This document shows, piece by piece, positions 43,674 to 56,932 of a stretch of DNA of 64,000 nucleotides. How positions within the stretch are numbered: position 1 is the first letter of the stretch; the number at the start of each line of letters is the position of its first letter. A program made the translations under genes and the position numbers. The stretch is from Octopus vulgaris (Eukaryota), in contig OX597818.1 in assembly GCA_951406725.2 (NCBI GenBank), forward strand, positions 31,930,001 through 31,994,000, read 5' to 3'. The notes under the pieces are model-generated. The model did no database searches and was not told the DNA's origin. It saw only the letters and a program-made list of their open reading frames with translations.

Positions 43674-44078
43674 AGGAGTGGCTGTGTGGTAAGTAACATG
43701 CTTACCAACCACATGGTTCCGGTTTCAGTCCCACTGCGTGGCACCTTGGGCAAGTGTTTTCTACTATAGCCTCGGGACGACCAAAGCCTTGTGAGTGGAT
43801 TTGGTAGACAGAAACTGAAAAAAACCCGTCGTATATATGTATGTATATGTGTTTGTGTGTGTTTGTGTGTCTATGTTTGTCCCCCCCCCCACCATCACTT
43901 GACAACCGATGCTGGTGTGTTTACGTCCCCGTAACTTAGCAGTTCGGCAAAAGACACCGGTACAATAAGTACTAGGCTTAGAAAGAATAAGTTCTGGGGT
44001 CGATTTGCTCGACTAAAGGCGGTGCTCCAGCATGGCCATAGTCAAATGACTGAAACAAATAAAAGACTAAAAGAGTAA
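43674..44078 (+). mobile_element. SINE family A, near full length
   Basis: Family similarity. Confidence 0.92.
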
Positions 44079-45213
44079 GATACAAATACGCTTAGCAAAC
44101 AAGTTTTATTCAAATGACTATGACGATATAGCTAGTGCGTTGCTACATTGTTAAGGAGTTAACTTGGTAAGAGCATGATTTCGGTTTCGATTACGCAGCG
44201 AGGCATTCCGTGCTGGTGTCTAACCTCTGGTCATTAACAGCCTTCTGAATGGTGTGCACAAAAACTGTGTAGAATATTGCCAAAGGAACCGCTTCTATTT
44301 TAGAATGGTAAATTAATCCGTTTTCGGATTATATAACACCGTCTGCACCTCCAGTCTTCAGCGCAGTCCATTGTGTTACAAGCATTCGGGTCAGGTCTCT
44401 AGGACAAAAATAAATTTAAAGAATCTGTTCCTCTTCCCACTACACTAAGCAACATTGAAAAATTTCATTGACATACCTTTACCCATCCGATTAAGCCATT
44501 AAAAACATAACGATCTTAAATAAATTTAAGTAAAAATGGCCAACTGTCCGACTTTATTAACACCTTAACTTCAAATTTTACAACCTGTTACATCGACACT
44601 GTATTCTTAATCTACTTCTAATGTAATAGATTCCTGCTCAACTGAACTACTAAGTTGTTGTTGAACAGTATTGGCTCAGTTCATTTATACATCTGCTTCT
44701 TCTCTTGTCTTCCCAACAATTTTCACATCCCAAAACTTTTATCATATAGGTGGCTCTTATTGCTGAAATAATCTGAAAATGTTTCTTGCTCATGTCATCC
44801 TGCTAGTATATATCTATAAAAATGACGACTAAATATTAACTGCATCATACAGTTACATACAATTTATATACGCTCAGCTCCTAAGTCTCAGAATGATACC
44901 GAAAATATATACATGCATACATACATACATCTTTAATTCATATGTTACAAATAACCACGATATATGGGACTATAAAAATCTGCATGGCTTTAAGATTTAA
45001 AAGATGATAGTTAAAATATGCTTTCCTTCACAACCTTGCTACCAAGTGGGTGGCCTGTCAGAATTTGCTCTAAAATTTATTCAAAATTTACTATAAAAAG
45101 AAGAGAACATGCATACATCAATACATACATACATACATACATACATACATACATACATACATACATACATACATACATACATACATACATACATACATAC
45201 ATACATACATACA

Positions 45214-45439
45214 TACTCTTTTACTCTTACTCTTTTACTCTCTTTTACTTGTTTCAGTCATTTGACTGTGGCAATGCTGGAGCACCGCCTTTAGTGGAGC
45301 AAATCGACCCCAGGACTTATTCTTTGTGAACCTAGTGCTTATTCTATCGGTGTCCTTTGCCGAACCGCTAAGTTACGGGAACGTAAACACACCAGCATCG
45401 GTTATCAAGCGATGTTGGGGGACAAATACAGACACACAA

Positions 45440-45470
<31 letters not shown>

Positions 45471-45634
45471 CATATATACGACGGGCTTCTTTCAGTTTCC
45501 ATCTACCAAATCCACTCACAAGGCTTTGGTTGGCTCGAGGCTATAATAGAAGACACTTCCCCAAGGTGCCACGCAGTGAAAATGAACACGGAACCATGTT
45601 GTCATTAAGTTAGCTACTTACCACACAGCCACTC
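45214..45634 (-). mobile_element. SINE family A
   Basis: Family similarity. Confidence 0.9.
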
Positions 45635-45699
45635 ATAAGTGTGCAGTTGAAATAGTAATTTTTTATATACATACATGCATACATACGTACATACATATA

Positions 45700-46633
45700 C
45701 AGTTTTCGGGCTAAATTTGAAAATCTTATGAAAACACATCCCATCCAAAAATAAAAGCAGCTTCACATAACCGTCTGAATTGATCTTAAGGCTCCGTTTA
45801 AAGAAATGGGATGAATTCCGACGTGCTGAAGCAATCAGAACACCTGTTGTGTTCTTTTCTGCTAGACACGGCATCGCCGCCCCCGCTGAAGCTGTTCATG
45901 TCACGTCTTACTACCTTTGCAGTGTTCATAGAGCATTGGGCAACAGCCATGATATTCGTATCTCGATACTCGGTGCGGATCCTCGTTATAGAGGTAAGTC
46001 TTTCTCAATATTCAAAAAACTTCCCGTCCTTTATGTCAGCTAGGTTTTTCTCAACTACAGCTTTAATCTTTATATACATTTGTTGGATCTTTTCGGTTTG
46101 AACGGCAGTTTTTTCTAGCGGTGTCATATGAAATTGTCACCCATAATTATGACCCTAGTATCGATCTATTGCATTTCAATCTGTTTTAGGGTTAGGGTTA
46201 GTTAGGGTTAGGCTTAGGGTTAGAGTGGGGGGGAAGGGTATCTTTTTTTCTTCACAAATGTAATCTGTTTCTTAAACGAGGGACATATTCATACGGCACA
46301 GAATGTTTGTTTTTTTACCTCAATAGACGTCACTGATTGGTTGAAATTGCAGAAATTGAAGAAAAAACAACAACAAATATCTTACAAACTATAGAATTTT
46401 CTCAATAAAGCCAAGAGAAAAAGATGTTTTATAAACACATTCTACCAGTATACGAAGTTTGAAAGTGTTTAGTTATGTGGAAATTATCTTTAAAAACTGC
46501 CGTTCAAACCGAAAAGATCCCATTTGTTTATATTCATGCTCTCCAGCAGCGATGACTGTTCATTAATACAGCAGACTATTCCTGACAAAAAAGGAGACAT
46601 AAAAAAATCGCCTAATTTAGCCCGAGCACCCTG
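45700..46633 (-). mobile_element. Internally deleted Tc1/mariner element (maT/DD37D-like)
   Basis: TIRs CAGTTTTCGGGCTAAATT / AATTTAGCCCGAGCACCCTG. Minus-strand remnants RIRTEYRDTNIMAVAQCSMNTAKVVRRDM...SRKEHNRCSD..STSEF are joined to HFFKRSLKINSDGYVKLL. The subfamily call is from recalled motif similarity. Confidence 0.7.
46085..46520. mobile_element. Merlin-like MITE nested in the Tc1/mariner element, with internal TTAGGG repeats
   Basis: TIR GGATCTTTTCGGTTTGAACGGCAGTTTTT and its exact inverse; perfect 8-bp TSD CATTTGTT (46077-46084, 46521-46528); GG termini plus an 8-bp TSD fit Merlin. Confidence 0.85.
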
Positions 46634-47596
46634 TGTGTATATAAATATATATATAAACGTTTGTGCAGAACAAACCTTAAATAACGGGAATGAAACGAGA
46701 AAATTACCATATCTATTCTCGTATTTACCACATTGTGTTCTTTATTCGTGATATGTAACTTTTACTGTACAATATGGGGTTAGAGTTTCCATGATTATGT
46801 ATATTTTGATACTGAATATATTTCCTTGATGGCAGAGAAACCAGCCAAGAAAATAACTTTAGTTGTATTGTATCCACCTTCCATTTCTGTCTCTCTTCCC
46901 CTCTCTCTCTATCTATTTCTCTTTCCCACCTTTTTGTGTTATTCTTAATCTTATTTTTATCGTAAAATATGAATTAAAAAAATACAGAGCTGTTACCGAG
47001 AAAGAGTTACAAATAGCGAGATAAAAAGGGAATGTTAGAATGATGGAAGGATGTAGAGAGATCATGTTACACTTATTTGTAACTAATCGGCCGGATAGGT
47101 AATTCTTTTTTTTTTAATTTAAATTAACTGAAATTAACATTAACGCGTTTCATTTACTGATACATCGTGAATAAACTGCAATACAAGAAAAAACACTTTT
47201 CTTTTCTTGGCAATAAAGAAATAGAAATCCTTGGTTAATGTTTTTTTCTGCAGATGTCCACCTTGGTTAATGTTCAAGAAATCCTTGCTTAATGTCCTTC
47301 TGCAGATGTCCACCTTTGTGCTATTTTAATTCATACAAAACAAAATATATTTCAATCTAATTGTACCCTACTGTATTTCGTTCATGCATATGCATATTCT
47401 GTTCTTCTTTTCTTTTTTTGTTATTTGTTTCAGTCATTTGACTGCGGCCATATTAGAGCACCGCAAGGACTTATTCTTTGTAAGCCTTGTACTTATTCTA
47501 GCGGTTATTTTTGCCGAACCGCTAAGTTACGAGGACGTTAACACATCAACATTGGTTGTCAAGTGATGGTGGGTGGACAAACGCAGACACACATAG

Positions 47597-47979
<383 letters not shown>

Positions 47980-48199
47980 TTAATCCAAACATGAAAACAC
48001 AAAGAGAAAACACAACGCGAGGACTTGGAACAAGTACAGTGTTATTGGACGCTCAAGAAAGGAAAGAAAGGAGGATTTAACTTTTCGAGCGGAGTTCTTC
48101 GTCAAAAACATAGGAAAAGGAAAGATCCAAGGAAGGAAATACGGAGGAAAAAATCGCCAACAATACACACGCGGTCACATTTTGAATAACCGGAAGGGA

Positions 48200-48271
<72 letters not shown>

Positions 48272-48953
48272 TTCTGTGAGAGTTAGAGGTTGGGAAGCCA
48301 ACCAACTATGGGATAGTACCTACCCAATATACTGTTGATAGTGCACCTAACTATTCATACCCAAATGCTGGTTATTGCGTGGCAATCTCGCAATTGAGAG
48401 TCATATATGGGTGGGGGGAAAAGTGGTTTATCTTTAATTTATACGGCAAATAAGAGAAAATGGGGAGGATACAAAACGACCTACATCAGCTGGTAGATAT
48501 TCCAGTGTGTCTATTTATTCAAAAGTATTAGAAATTATTAGAAGAGTACATGCACATGTAGTAACTATGTGTTACGCATGTATTGATTAATATTACAGGA
48601 AAGAGTATAAGATCAGTTCCTTACGGCCGTTTCTGCTAAGAGACAACGAAATCCTCCACGCTGTCCCCATCTCTTCGGTGTTCTGTAGGAATGGGCAAAT
48701 AAAATTTGGATAATGATTGTGTCTCTAGGCTTCTTCAGAGTGTCTAAATAGTTATGAGTCCTAAGACATATAATAAACTGTTAATAATAGCCAATAGGTA
48801 CAATGTATTTGTCCTTAATTTGTCATTATTATACGTATGTCATTAACAGTGAGAAATAGAGATACTGATAGGATAGTGATATAAGTGTCTCATCAGAATT
48901 ATTACGATAAAACTTACTTGGAAATGGATGCATGGTGTTCGATCATATAATAA

Positions 48954-49002
<49 letters not shown>

Positions 49003-49080
49003 TTAAGTAGGTGAATGAATTATCCTAGCATAGAAGGCAATCATCAAAAACTTTTGTTCGCGATCTGGCTGAAAGAGGCT

Positions 49081-49175
49081 CCTTATGTTTCCTGATGAGA
49101 AGATGGCGTAATGCACCCTTTATTCCTTCGGAATTAAAAGTATGCCGTCTTCGAAACATGTGTCGAGAGTAAAGG
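49081..49175 (+). ncRNA. Type I hammerhead ribozyme with long stem II
   Basis: Stem I CCTTAT-G-TTTC / GAGA-GTAA-A-GG; CTGATGA (49092-49098); 12-bp stem II GAAGATGGCGTA/TATGCCGTCTTC; GAAA (49153-49156); self-complementary stem III ACATGTGT; GTC triplet (49162-49164). Confidence 0.85.
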
Positions 49176-49221
49176 AATTTTGTTAAAATCTTCGTTCGAC
49201 TCCATTCTTTTTATTCATTTA

Positions 49222-49265
<44 letters not shown>

Positions 49266-49542
49266 TACATGTATATGTGTATCTGAGTGTATGTATGTGT
49301 GTGTATTTACGGATGTATGAATATATGTGGATGCGTATATATGTATATTCTATGCTAGATACTCGAAATTATAAAAAAGTGATTACTGAAGAAGCAATGT
49401 ACTTTATGTGTGCGCACACACACACAAACACACACACACACACTCGCATACACACACACGCACACGCACATGTATTTGGCAAAATATTAAACAAAATAAC
49501 CATCGCGAAATATGACTATGCAGCATAAAGAATATATTCTGT

Positions 49543-49942
49543 TACTCTTTTACTTGTTTCAGTCATTTGACTGTGGCTATGCTGGAGCACCGCCTTTAGT
49601 CGAGCAAATCGACCCTAGGACTTATTCTTTGTAAGCCTAGTACTTATTCTATCGGTCTCTTGCCGAACTGCTAAGTTACGGTGACGTAAACACACCAGCA
49701 TCGGTTGTCGAGCGATGTTGGGGGGGACAAAAACAGACACACAAACATATACACATACATATATATATATACATATATACGACAGGCTTCTTTCAGTTTC
49801 CGTCTACCAAATGCACTCACAAGGTTTTGGTCAGCCCGAGGCTATAGTAGAAGACACTCACCCAAGGTGCCACGCTGTGGGTCCGAATCCGGAACCATGT
49901 GGTTGGTGAGCAAGCTACTTACCACACAGCTACTCCTACGCC
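49543..49942 (-). mobile_element. SINE family A, full length, directly downstream of the U6 copy
   Basis: Family similarity; head begins 4 nt after the U6 T5 tail. Confidence 0.92.
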
Positions 49943-49946
49943 TTAG

Positions 49947-50052
49947 AAAAATATGGAACGCTTCACGAATTTGCGTGTCATCCTTGCGCAGGGACCATGC
50001 TAATCTTCCCTGTATCGTTCCAATTTTAGTAACCGTATTGCCGAAACAATAC
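49947..50052 (-). pseudogene. U6: Full-length U6 snRNA copy, probably a retropseudogene
   Basis: Minus strand GTATTGTTTCGGCAATACGGTTACTAAAATTGGAACGATACAGGGAAGATTAGCATGGTCCCTGCGCAAGGATGACACGCAAATTCGTGAAGCGTTCCATATTTTT. The ACAGAGA box reads ACAGGGA, and there is no TATA box about 30 nt upstream. Confidence 0.92.
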
Positions 50053-50372
50053 ATATACTAGCGGTAACAAAAACAGGACAGTGAGAACAGTACAGTAAAA
50101 ACAAATGGTGAGGACAGTTAAGCCAAAACGATGTGAAGTGCTGAAAGCTGGGAAAACGAGCTTTGAGAAGAGACAGATAAAAGCGCGTCATATCTGTAGG
50201 AAGGAAGTGGAAGAAAGAGAGAATTGCCGTTAGTCACGTGTGATCAACGCGAGAGTCAAAGGGGGAAGTATGAGAGAGAGGGAACGGTGAAGGGGAGAGG
50301 AGAAGAATAGGGAAAGGGTGGAAGACTGACCTGATTTTGTTACCACTTTAACCCTTCGCAAAAATCCCAAAT

Positions 50373-51049
<677 letters not shown>

Positions 51050-51400
51050 TACATACATATATACATACACACATGCATACATGCACACATACTAGATCAC
51101 TTGATCTATTCCTTCAACATGAGCGCAACATTCAAAATACTACCAAAATACTGTCTCGATTTACCTGGGATTATAGTTAAGGACCCATATCTTGACGGAA
51201 GTACGGACTAACCTCCATACCCACTGGAAGAAGATGGGCTGTGAACTTCATTCTGCATTTCTCTATCTGTTGTTTTTCTCTTTATTCTTCTATCTATTAA
51301 TTTATTCCTTTATGAATTGTGATTTCCCTGTCTAGAACTTTCATAATTAGTCACCTTGTCTCTAATAACTGAATACCCAATGTATTCCGCTAGATGTTAA

Positions 51401-51797
51401 AGGAAGCGAGCTGGCAGAATCGTTAGCAAACCGGGCGAAATGCGTAGCCGTATTTCGTCTGCCGTTACGTTCTGAGTTCAAATTCCGCCGAGGTCGACTT
51501 TGCCTTTCATCCTTTCGGAGTCGATAAATTAAGTATCAGTTACGCACTGTGGTCGATATAATCGACTTAATCCGCTTGTCTGTTCTTGTTTGTCCTCTCT
51601 GTGTTTAGCCCCTTGTGGGTAGTAAAGAAATAGGTATTTCGTCTGCCGTTACGTTCTGAGTTCAAATTCTGCCGAGGTCGACTTTGCCTTTCATCCTTTC
51701 GGGGTCGATAAATTAAGTACCAGTTACGACTTAATCCGTTTGTCTGTCCTTGTTTGTCTCCTCTATGTTTAGCCCCTTGTGGGCAATAAAGAAATAG
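51401..51797 (+). mobile_element. SINE family B dimer
   Basis: Family similarity. Confidence 0.88.
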
Positions 51798-52172
51798 GAA
51801 CACGTAATTTACGGAGATGATAACCTATTACTTGGGTTATCCCAGAAACAACTGTAAGAAATCCAATAATTAATTAATTAACTAATTGATTAATTAATTA
51901 TATCAAATTCACCTTACTCTCATTAAATATTCTAAATGACTTGAGATACTCATCGTTTTTGCTGTCCTGTTTCCTCTAATATATACCTGCTAACTCAGAA
52001 GCCTACAACGGATCCCTAGCTCCAGCCTCAGCTGTGAACTTGGAACCTAACGGATGACCAATTATAGCAATTACGCAGCGTACCTATTCGTTTAGATCAC
52101 TCATATTATTTACATACGTTCATACTTATGATAGGGTGGTCAAGAAGTTTTCTGTCTAACTATCATATCCTT

Positions 52173-52411
52173 ATGTGGAGGTGCATGGCTTAGTGGTTAG
52201 GGTGTCAGTATCATGATCGTTAGATTGTGGTTTCAATTCCTGGACCGGGCGACGCGTAGTGTTCACGTTGCTCCAGTCCACTCAGCTGGCAAAAACGAGT
52301 AACGCTGCGATGGACAGGCGTCCCGCCCAGCTGGGGAACACATACGCCATTGGAACCGGGAAACCGGGCCCATGAGCCTGGCTAGGCTTTAAAAGGGCGC
52401 ATTTATTATTT
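52173..52411 (+). mobile_element. SINE family C, full length with 12-bp TSD
   Basis: TATCATATCCTT at 52161-52172 and 52412-52423; A box TGGCTTAGTGG, B-box-like GGTTTCAATTCC; TTA-type tail. Confidence 0.9.
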
Positions 52412-53251
52412 TATCATATCCTTGACAACGATCACGAATGACTCTTTCATTTGATTGACAACTCGCACAGGCAGATACCTATTATGCTAATTAACTCTGG
52501 CGACTGTGAGATCATATCAAGGCAAACGTCATTGAGTGCTAGTAGCCAGCTCTCTCGCCCCAATTGCACCAGCTCACACGGTTCGGGTGTCAAAGACGGT
52601 CCTACGGGAATATGGATTTCAAGTGATACCTCACTCAGCCTATTCACCAGACTTTGTATGAGTTTCACCTGTTTCTAAATTTGAAGGAAGGGCTAATAGT
52701 TCTTCAGTGATGAAGAAATACAATAGTTTGCACGCAAGACAGTTATTGTTTGTGTAAGACAGTCTGTTCCATTTAAATTGCATTGAACAGCTGCACAGGC
52801 GATACAAGATGTGTATACAGCTAAGGAGTTTGTTGGAAAAATAAAAGCATTTGTAAAAAAAGAAGAAAAGAAAAAACAATGAAAAACATTAGAAATCTTC
52901 TTTCCCTTGTGTCATATAGGCAAATATGTTGGACTAATTAAATAACACACCTCGTTTGTGTGTGTGTGTGTATGTGAGTGTGTGTGCATGCGCATGTGTG
53001 TTTGCTTATGTGTGTGTGGGTGTTTGTGTCTGTGTGTTTGAGCATGTGTGTATTGGCTTCTGTGTGTGTGTTTCTGTGTGTGTTTGCGTACGTGTCTGTG
53101 TGTTTCTGTGTGTGCGTGTGTGTTTGCTTATGTATGCGTTTGCTTATGTGTGTGTGTCTATGTGTTTGCGTATGTGCGTGTATTTGCTTATGTGTATGAG
53201 TTTGTGTGTGTGTTTGCGGGCGTGCGTGTGTATGTTTCTGTGATTGGCTGG

Positions 53252-53331
<80 letters not shown>

Positions 53332-53828
53332 GAAGTAGAGAGATAGAAAGATTGGAAATGAAATCAATACAGTTTTTCCTATATGCATACGTACTTGTAT
53401 TCACGTCTATACACGTCGAGATACACATACATACATACAAACATCCATCCATCCATACATACATACAAACATCCATCCATACATACATACAAACATCCAT
53501 CCATACATACATACAAACATCCATCCATCCATACATACATACACACATACATACATACATACATACATACAAACAGCCATCCATCCATACATACATACAC
53601 ACATACATACATACATACATACATACATACATACATACACACACACATACATACATACATACATACATACATACATACATACATACATACATTCATGCAT
53701 ACATACATATATATATATATATATGTCGAAAATAAAAGTATTTGAATAACACCTGCGTTTAACTCCATTTATTTATTATTTATACATACTTATATATTTA
53801 TATATACGTATATATATATGTATATATG

Positions 53829-53865
<37 letters not shown>

Positions 53866-53904
53866 TGTGTGTGTGTGTGTGTATATTTGTATGTATCTAT
53901 CGTT

Positions 53905-54296
53905 TTTATCTTTTATTCCTTATTTGTTTCTGTCACTGGACAGCAGCCATGATGGGGGCACCGTCATGATGAGTTGTTGTCGAACAAATTGACCTCAGAA
54001 CTTATGATTTCCCCCTTTCTTTAAGTTGGGTACTTATTCTATCGGTTCCTTTTACTGAACCGCTAATTTACAAGGATGTAAGCAAACTAAGATCGGTTAT
54101 CAACCGGTGCAATAGAAAAAATACAGACTCAGTCACACACACACACTTATTTACATAAATACGTGCATACCAGCCACATGGTTCCGGGTTCAGTACCACT
54201 GCGTGGCACCTTGGGCAAATGTCTTCTACTATAGCCTCGGGCCGACTAAGAACCTCGTGAGTGGATTTGGTAGACGGAAACTGAAAGAAGCCCGTC

Positions 54297-54357
<61 letters not shown>

Positions 54358-54715
54358 CATATATATATGTATATATGTATGTGTGTGTTTGTCACCCCAA
54401 CATCGCTTGACAACCGATGGTGTTGTGTTTACGTCCCCGTAACTTAGCGGTTCGGCACAAGAGTCCGATAGAATAAGTACTCGGCTTTCAAAGAATAAGT
54501 CCTGGGGTCGAACATAGTGTTATATAAGGAGTAGTTATATTTGTGTCTTAACAATACCATACGTACCCCCATGAAACAAGTGTAGTCCGTAATATGGAGA
54601 ATTTTGGGATTATGAATATAAATAGTAAGTATATTATCTAACATTTTATGGCTTGGTTGAGTTAATATCGTTTGGAGTTGATGAAGTTGCTGGCGTTTCT
54701 ATTTCTAACAATATT

Positions 54716-54779
<64 letters not shown>

Positions 54780-55460
54780 AAAAATATATATGAAAATACA
54801 AAATGGGACAAGAACACAAAACATTCAAATAGATGACATTCGAAGCCTCTAATCTTCAGTCAAGAACTGGATCATCCTCGCAATTTCGGCTGATTAATAT
54901 ATTTATAATATTTTATAATTACGAGTATAATTATAAAATATTGTTTAAGTTTACCGAGAAATGGTCTTTTTATCGTGTCGAATTCTACTTGGTGGAATTA
55001 TTAATTACTAGTTAATTGATTAATTTTTACCCTTTATTATTATTGATAATATATATATATATATATATATATTCATATGCATGTGTATATCTATAAGATA
55101 AAGAGATAAACGCAAAGATATTGGCGCAGGTGTTGCTGTGGAGTATGAAGTTTGCTTCCCAACCAAACAGTTTCGGGTTTAGTTGCACTGCATGGCACCT
55201 TGAGCACGTGTTTTCTACTATAGCTTTGGGCCAACCACGGCCTTGTGAGTGGATGTGGTAAGTCTCTGTGTATACGAGATGTGTGTGCCGTTGTATATGA
55301 ACGCTTGGCAATCGGTCTCGTTTCAGAGGCCAGCGGAATAAGTATCAATCGTAAAAAAATAAGAACTGGTGTCGATTTGTTCCCTTCAAAGCTCTCTTCA
55401 AAGCGGGGTTCTAGTATGGCCGAAGTCGAATGACTGAAACAAGAGGCAAACGATAAAAAA
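53905..55460. mobile_element. Partial and older SINE A copies (53905-54110 -, 54170-54511 +, 55123-55460 +)
   Basis: Family similarity. Confidence 0.75.
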
Positions 55461-55768
55461 ATGTGTTTTTGAATGTGTGTGTATGTGTGCACGCGCGCGC
55501 CAAGGTGTACACTGTCGATAAACCTACTAGAAATGGGTGGAAAATCTCTATTATTTCGCATCTGAAGAACTAAAAATAATATCGAATGAAGAATTCCTCG
55601 ATATATAGTTCTGAGGAAAATAAATAAGTAGAGCACGGCTGGTGTACTATTTATCATAATTACCGAGAAGTGTGTGCAGATAAAACAGTTACATCCCTTG
55701 TTTCACTGCTCACGATCGTTGATTTAACACGGGTGTGATCAAGCAGAGATGGTTTACAAATGACCATA

Positions 55769-56240
55769 GGCGTAGGCGTGGCTGTGTGGTAAGTAGCCTA
55801 CTTACCAACCATATGGTTCCGGGTTCAGTCCCACTGCATAGCACCTTGGGTAAGTGTTTTCTACTATAGTCTCGAGCCAACCAAAGTCTTGTGAGTGGAT
55901 TTGGTAGACGGAAACTGAAAGAAGCCCGTCGTATATATGTATATATACGTATATATATATATATATATACGAGTATATATATATATATATATATATATAT
56001 ACGAGTATATATATATATGTGTGTGTGTGTGTGTGAGTGTGTGTGTATGTTTGTGTGTCTGTTTGTCCCCCCAACATCGCTTGACAACCCATGCTGTTGT
56101 GTTTACGTCCCCGTAACTTTGCGATAGAATAAGTACTAGACTTACAAAGAATAAGTCCTGGGGTCGATTTGCTCGACTAAAGTCGGTGCTCCAGCATGGC
56201 CACAGTCAAATGACTGAAACAAGTAAAAGAGTAAAAAGAG
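55769..56240 (+). mobile_element. SINE family A, full length
   Basis: Family similarity. Confidence 0.92.
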
Positions 56241-56496
56241 GGTAAGAATCTAAAAGATTACAATACTCAATGTTTCTTTCTTTTCCTGGTAAAATGTGAT
56301 TTCATGGTTCGATTGGTCTGATGTGTATAGCAGAGGAAGTATGTCTTTAGCAACAGCCTGTTCCATTTGTTCTTAAATGAAAGAAGAGAAAGTGGATGTA
56401 AAGGAGACAACGAATTGGATATATGTGGAAATAACGATATGTGAGGAGAAAAAATTGAGAAAAGAAACTAAGAGAGTCGATGGAAAAGAATATGGT

Positions 56497-56932
56497 TCTC
56501 TTTCTCTTTTCTCTTTTACTTGTTTCAGTCATTTGACTGCGGCCATGCTGGAGCACCGCCTTTAGTCGAGCAAATCGACCCCGGGACTTATTCTTTGTAA
56601 GCCCAGTACTTATTCTATCGGTCTCTTTTGCCGAACCGCTAAGTGACGGGGGACGTAAACACACCAGCATCGGTCGTCAAGCAATGCTAGGGGGACAAAC
56701 ACAGACACACAAACACACACAAACACACACAAACACGCACATATATATATATATATATATACATATATACGACAGGCTTCTTTCAGTTTCCGTCTACCAA
56801 ATCCACTCACAAGGCATCGGTCGGCCCGGGGCTATAGCAGAAGACACTTGCCCAAGATGCCACGCAGTGGGACTGAACCCAGAACCATGTGGTTGGTTAG
56901 CAAGCTACTTACCACACAGCCACTCCTGCGCC
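56497..56932 (-). mobile_element. SINE family A, full length
   Basis: Family similarity. Confidence 0.92.

Noticed and set aside
46186-46225. TTAGGG run as a telomere or chromosome-fusion relic
   Set aside because: It lies inside a TIR- and TSD-bounded MITE
49947-50052. U6 as a functional gene
   Set aside because: Altered ACAGAGA box, disturbed 5' region and no upstream TATA box at the expected distance
52175-52250. tRNA genes at SINE heads (also 14107, 19135, 33068 and others)
   Set aside because: A/B boxes are present but there is no complete cloverleaf, and each continues into a SINE body
52447-52879. Overlapping 73-79 aa ORFs with non-repetitive composition
   Set aside because: No identifiable domain on either strand; possible decayed element or exon but unsupported
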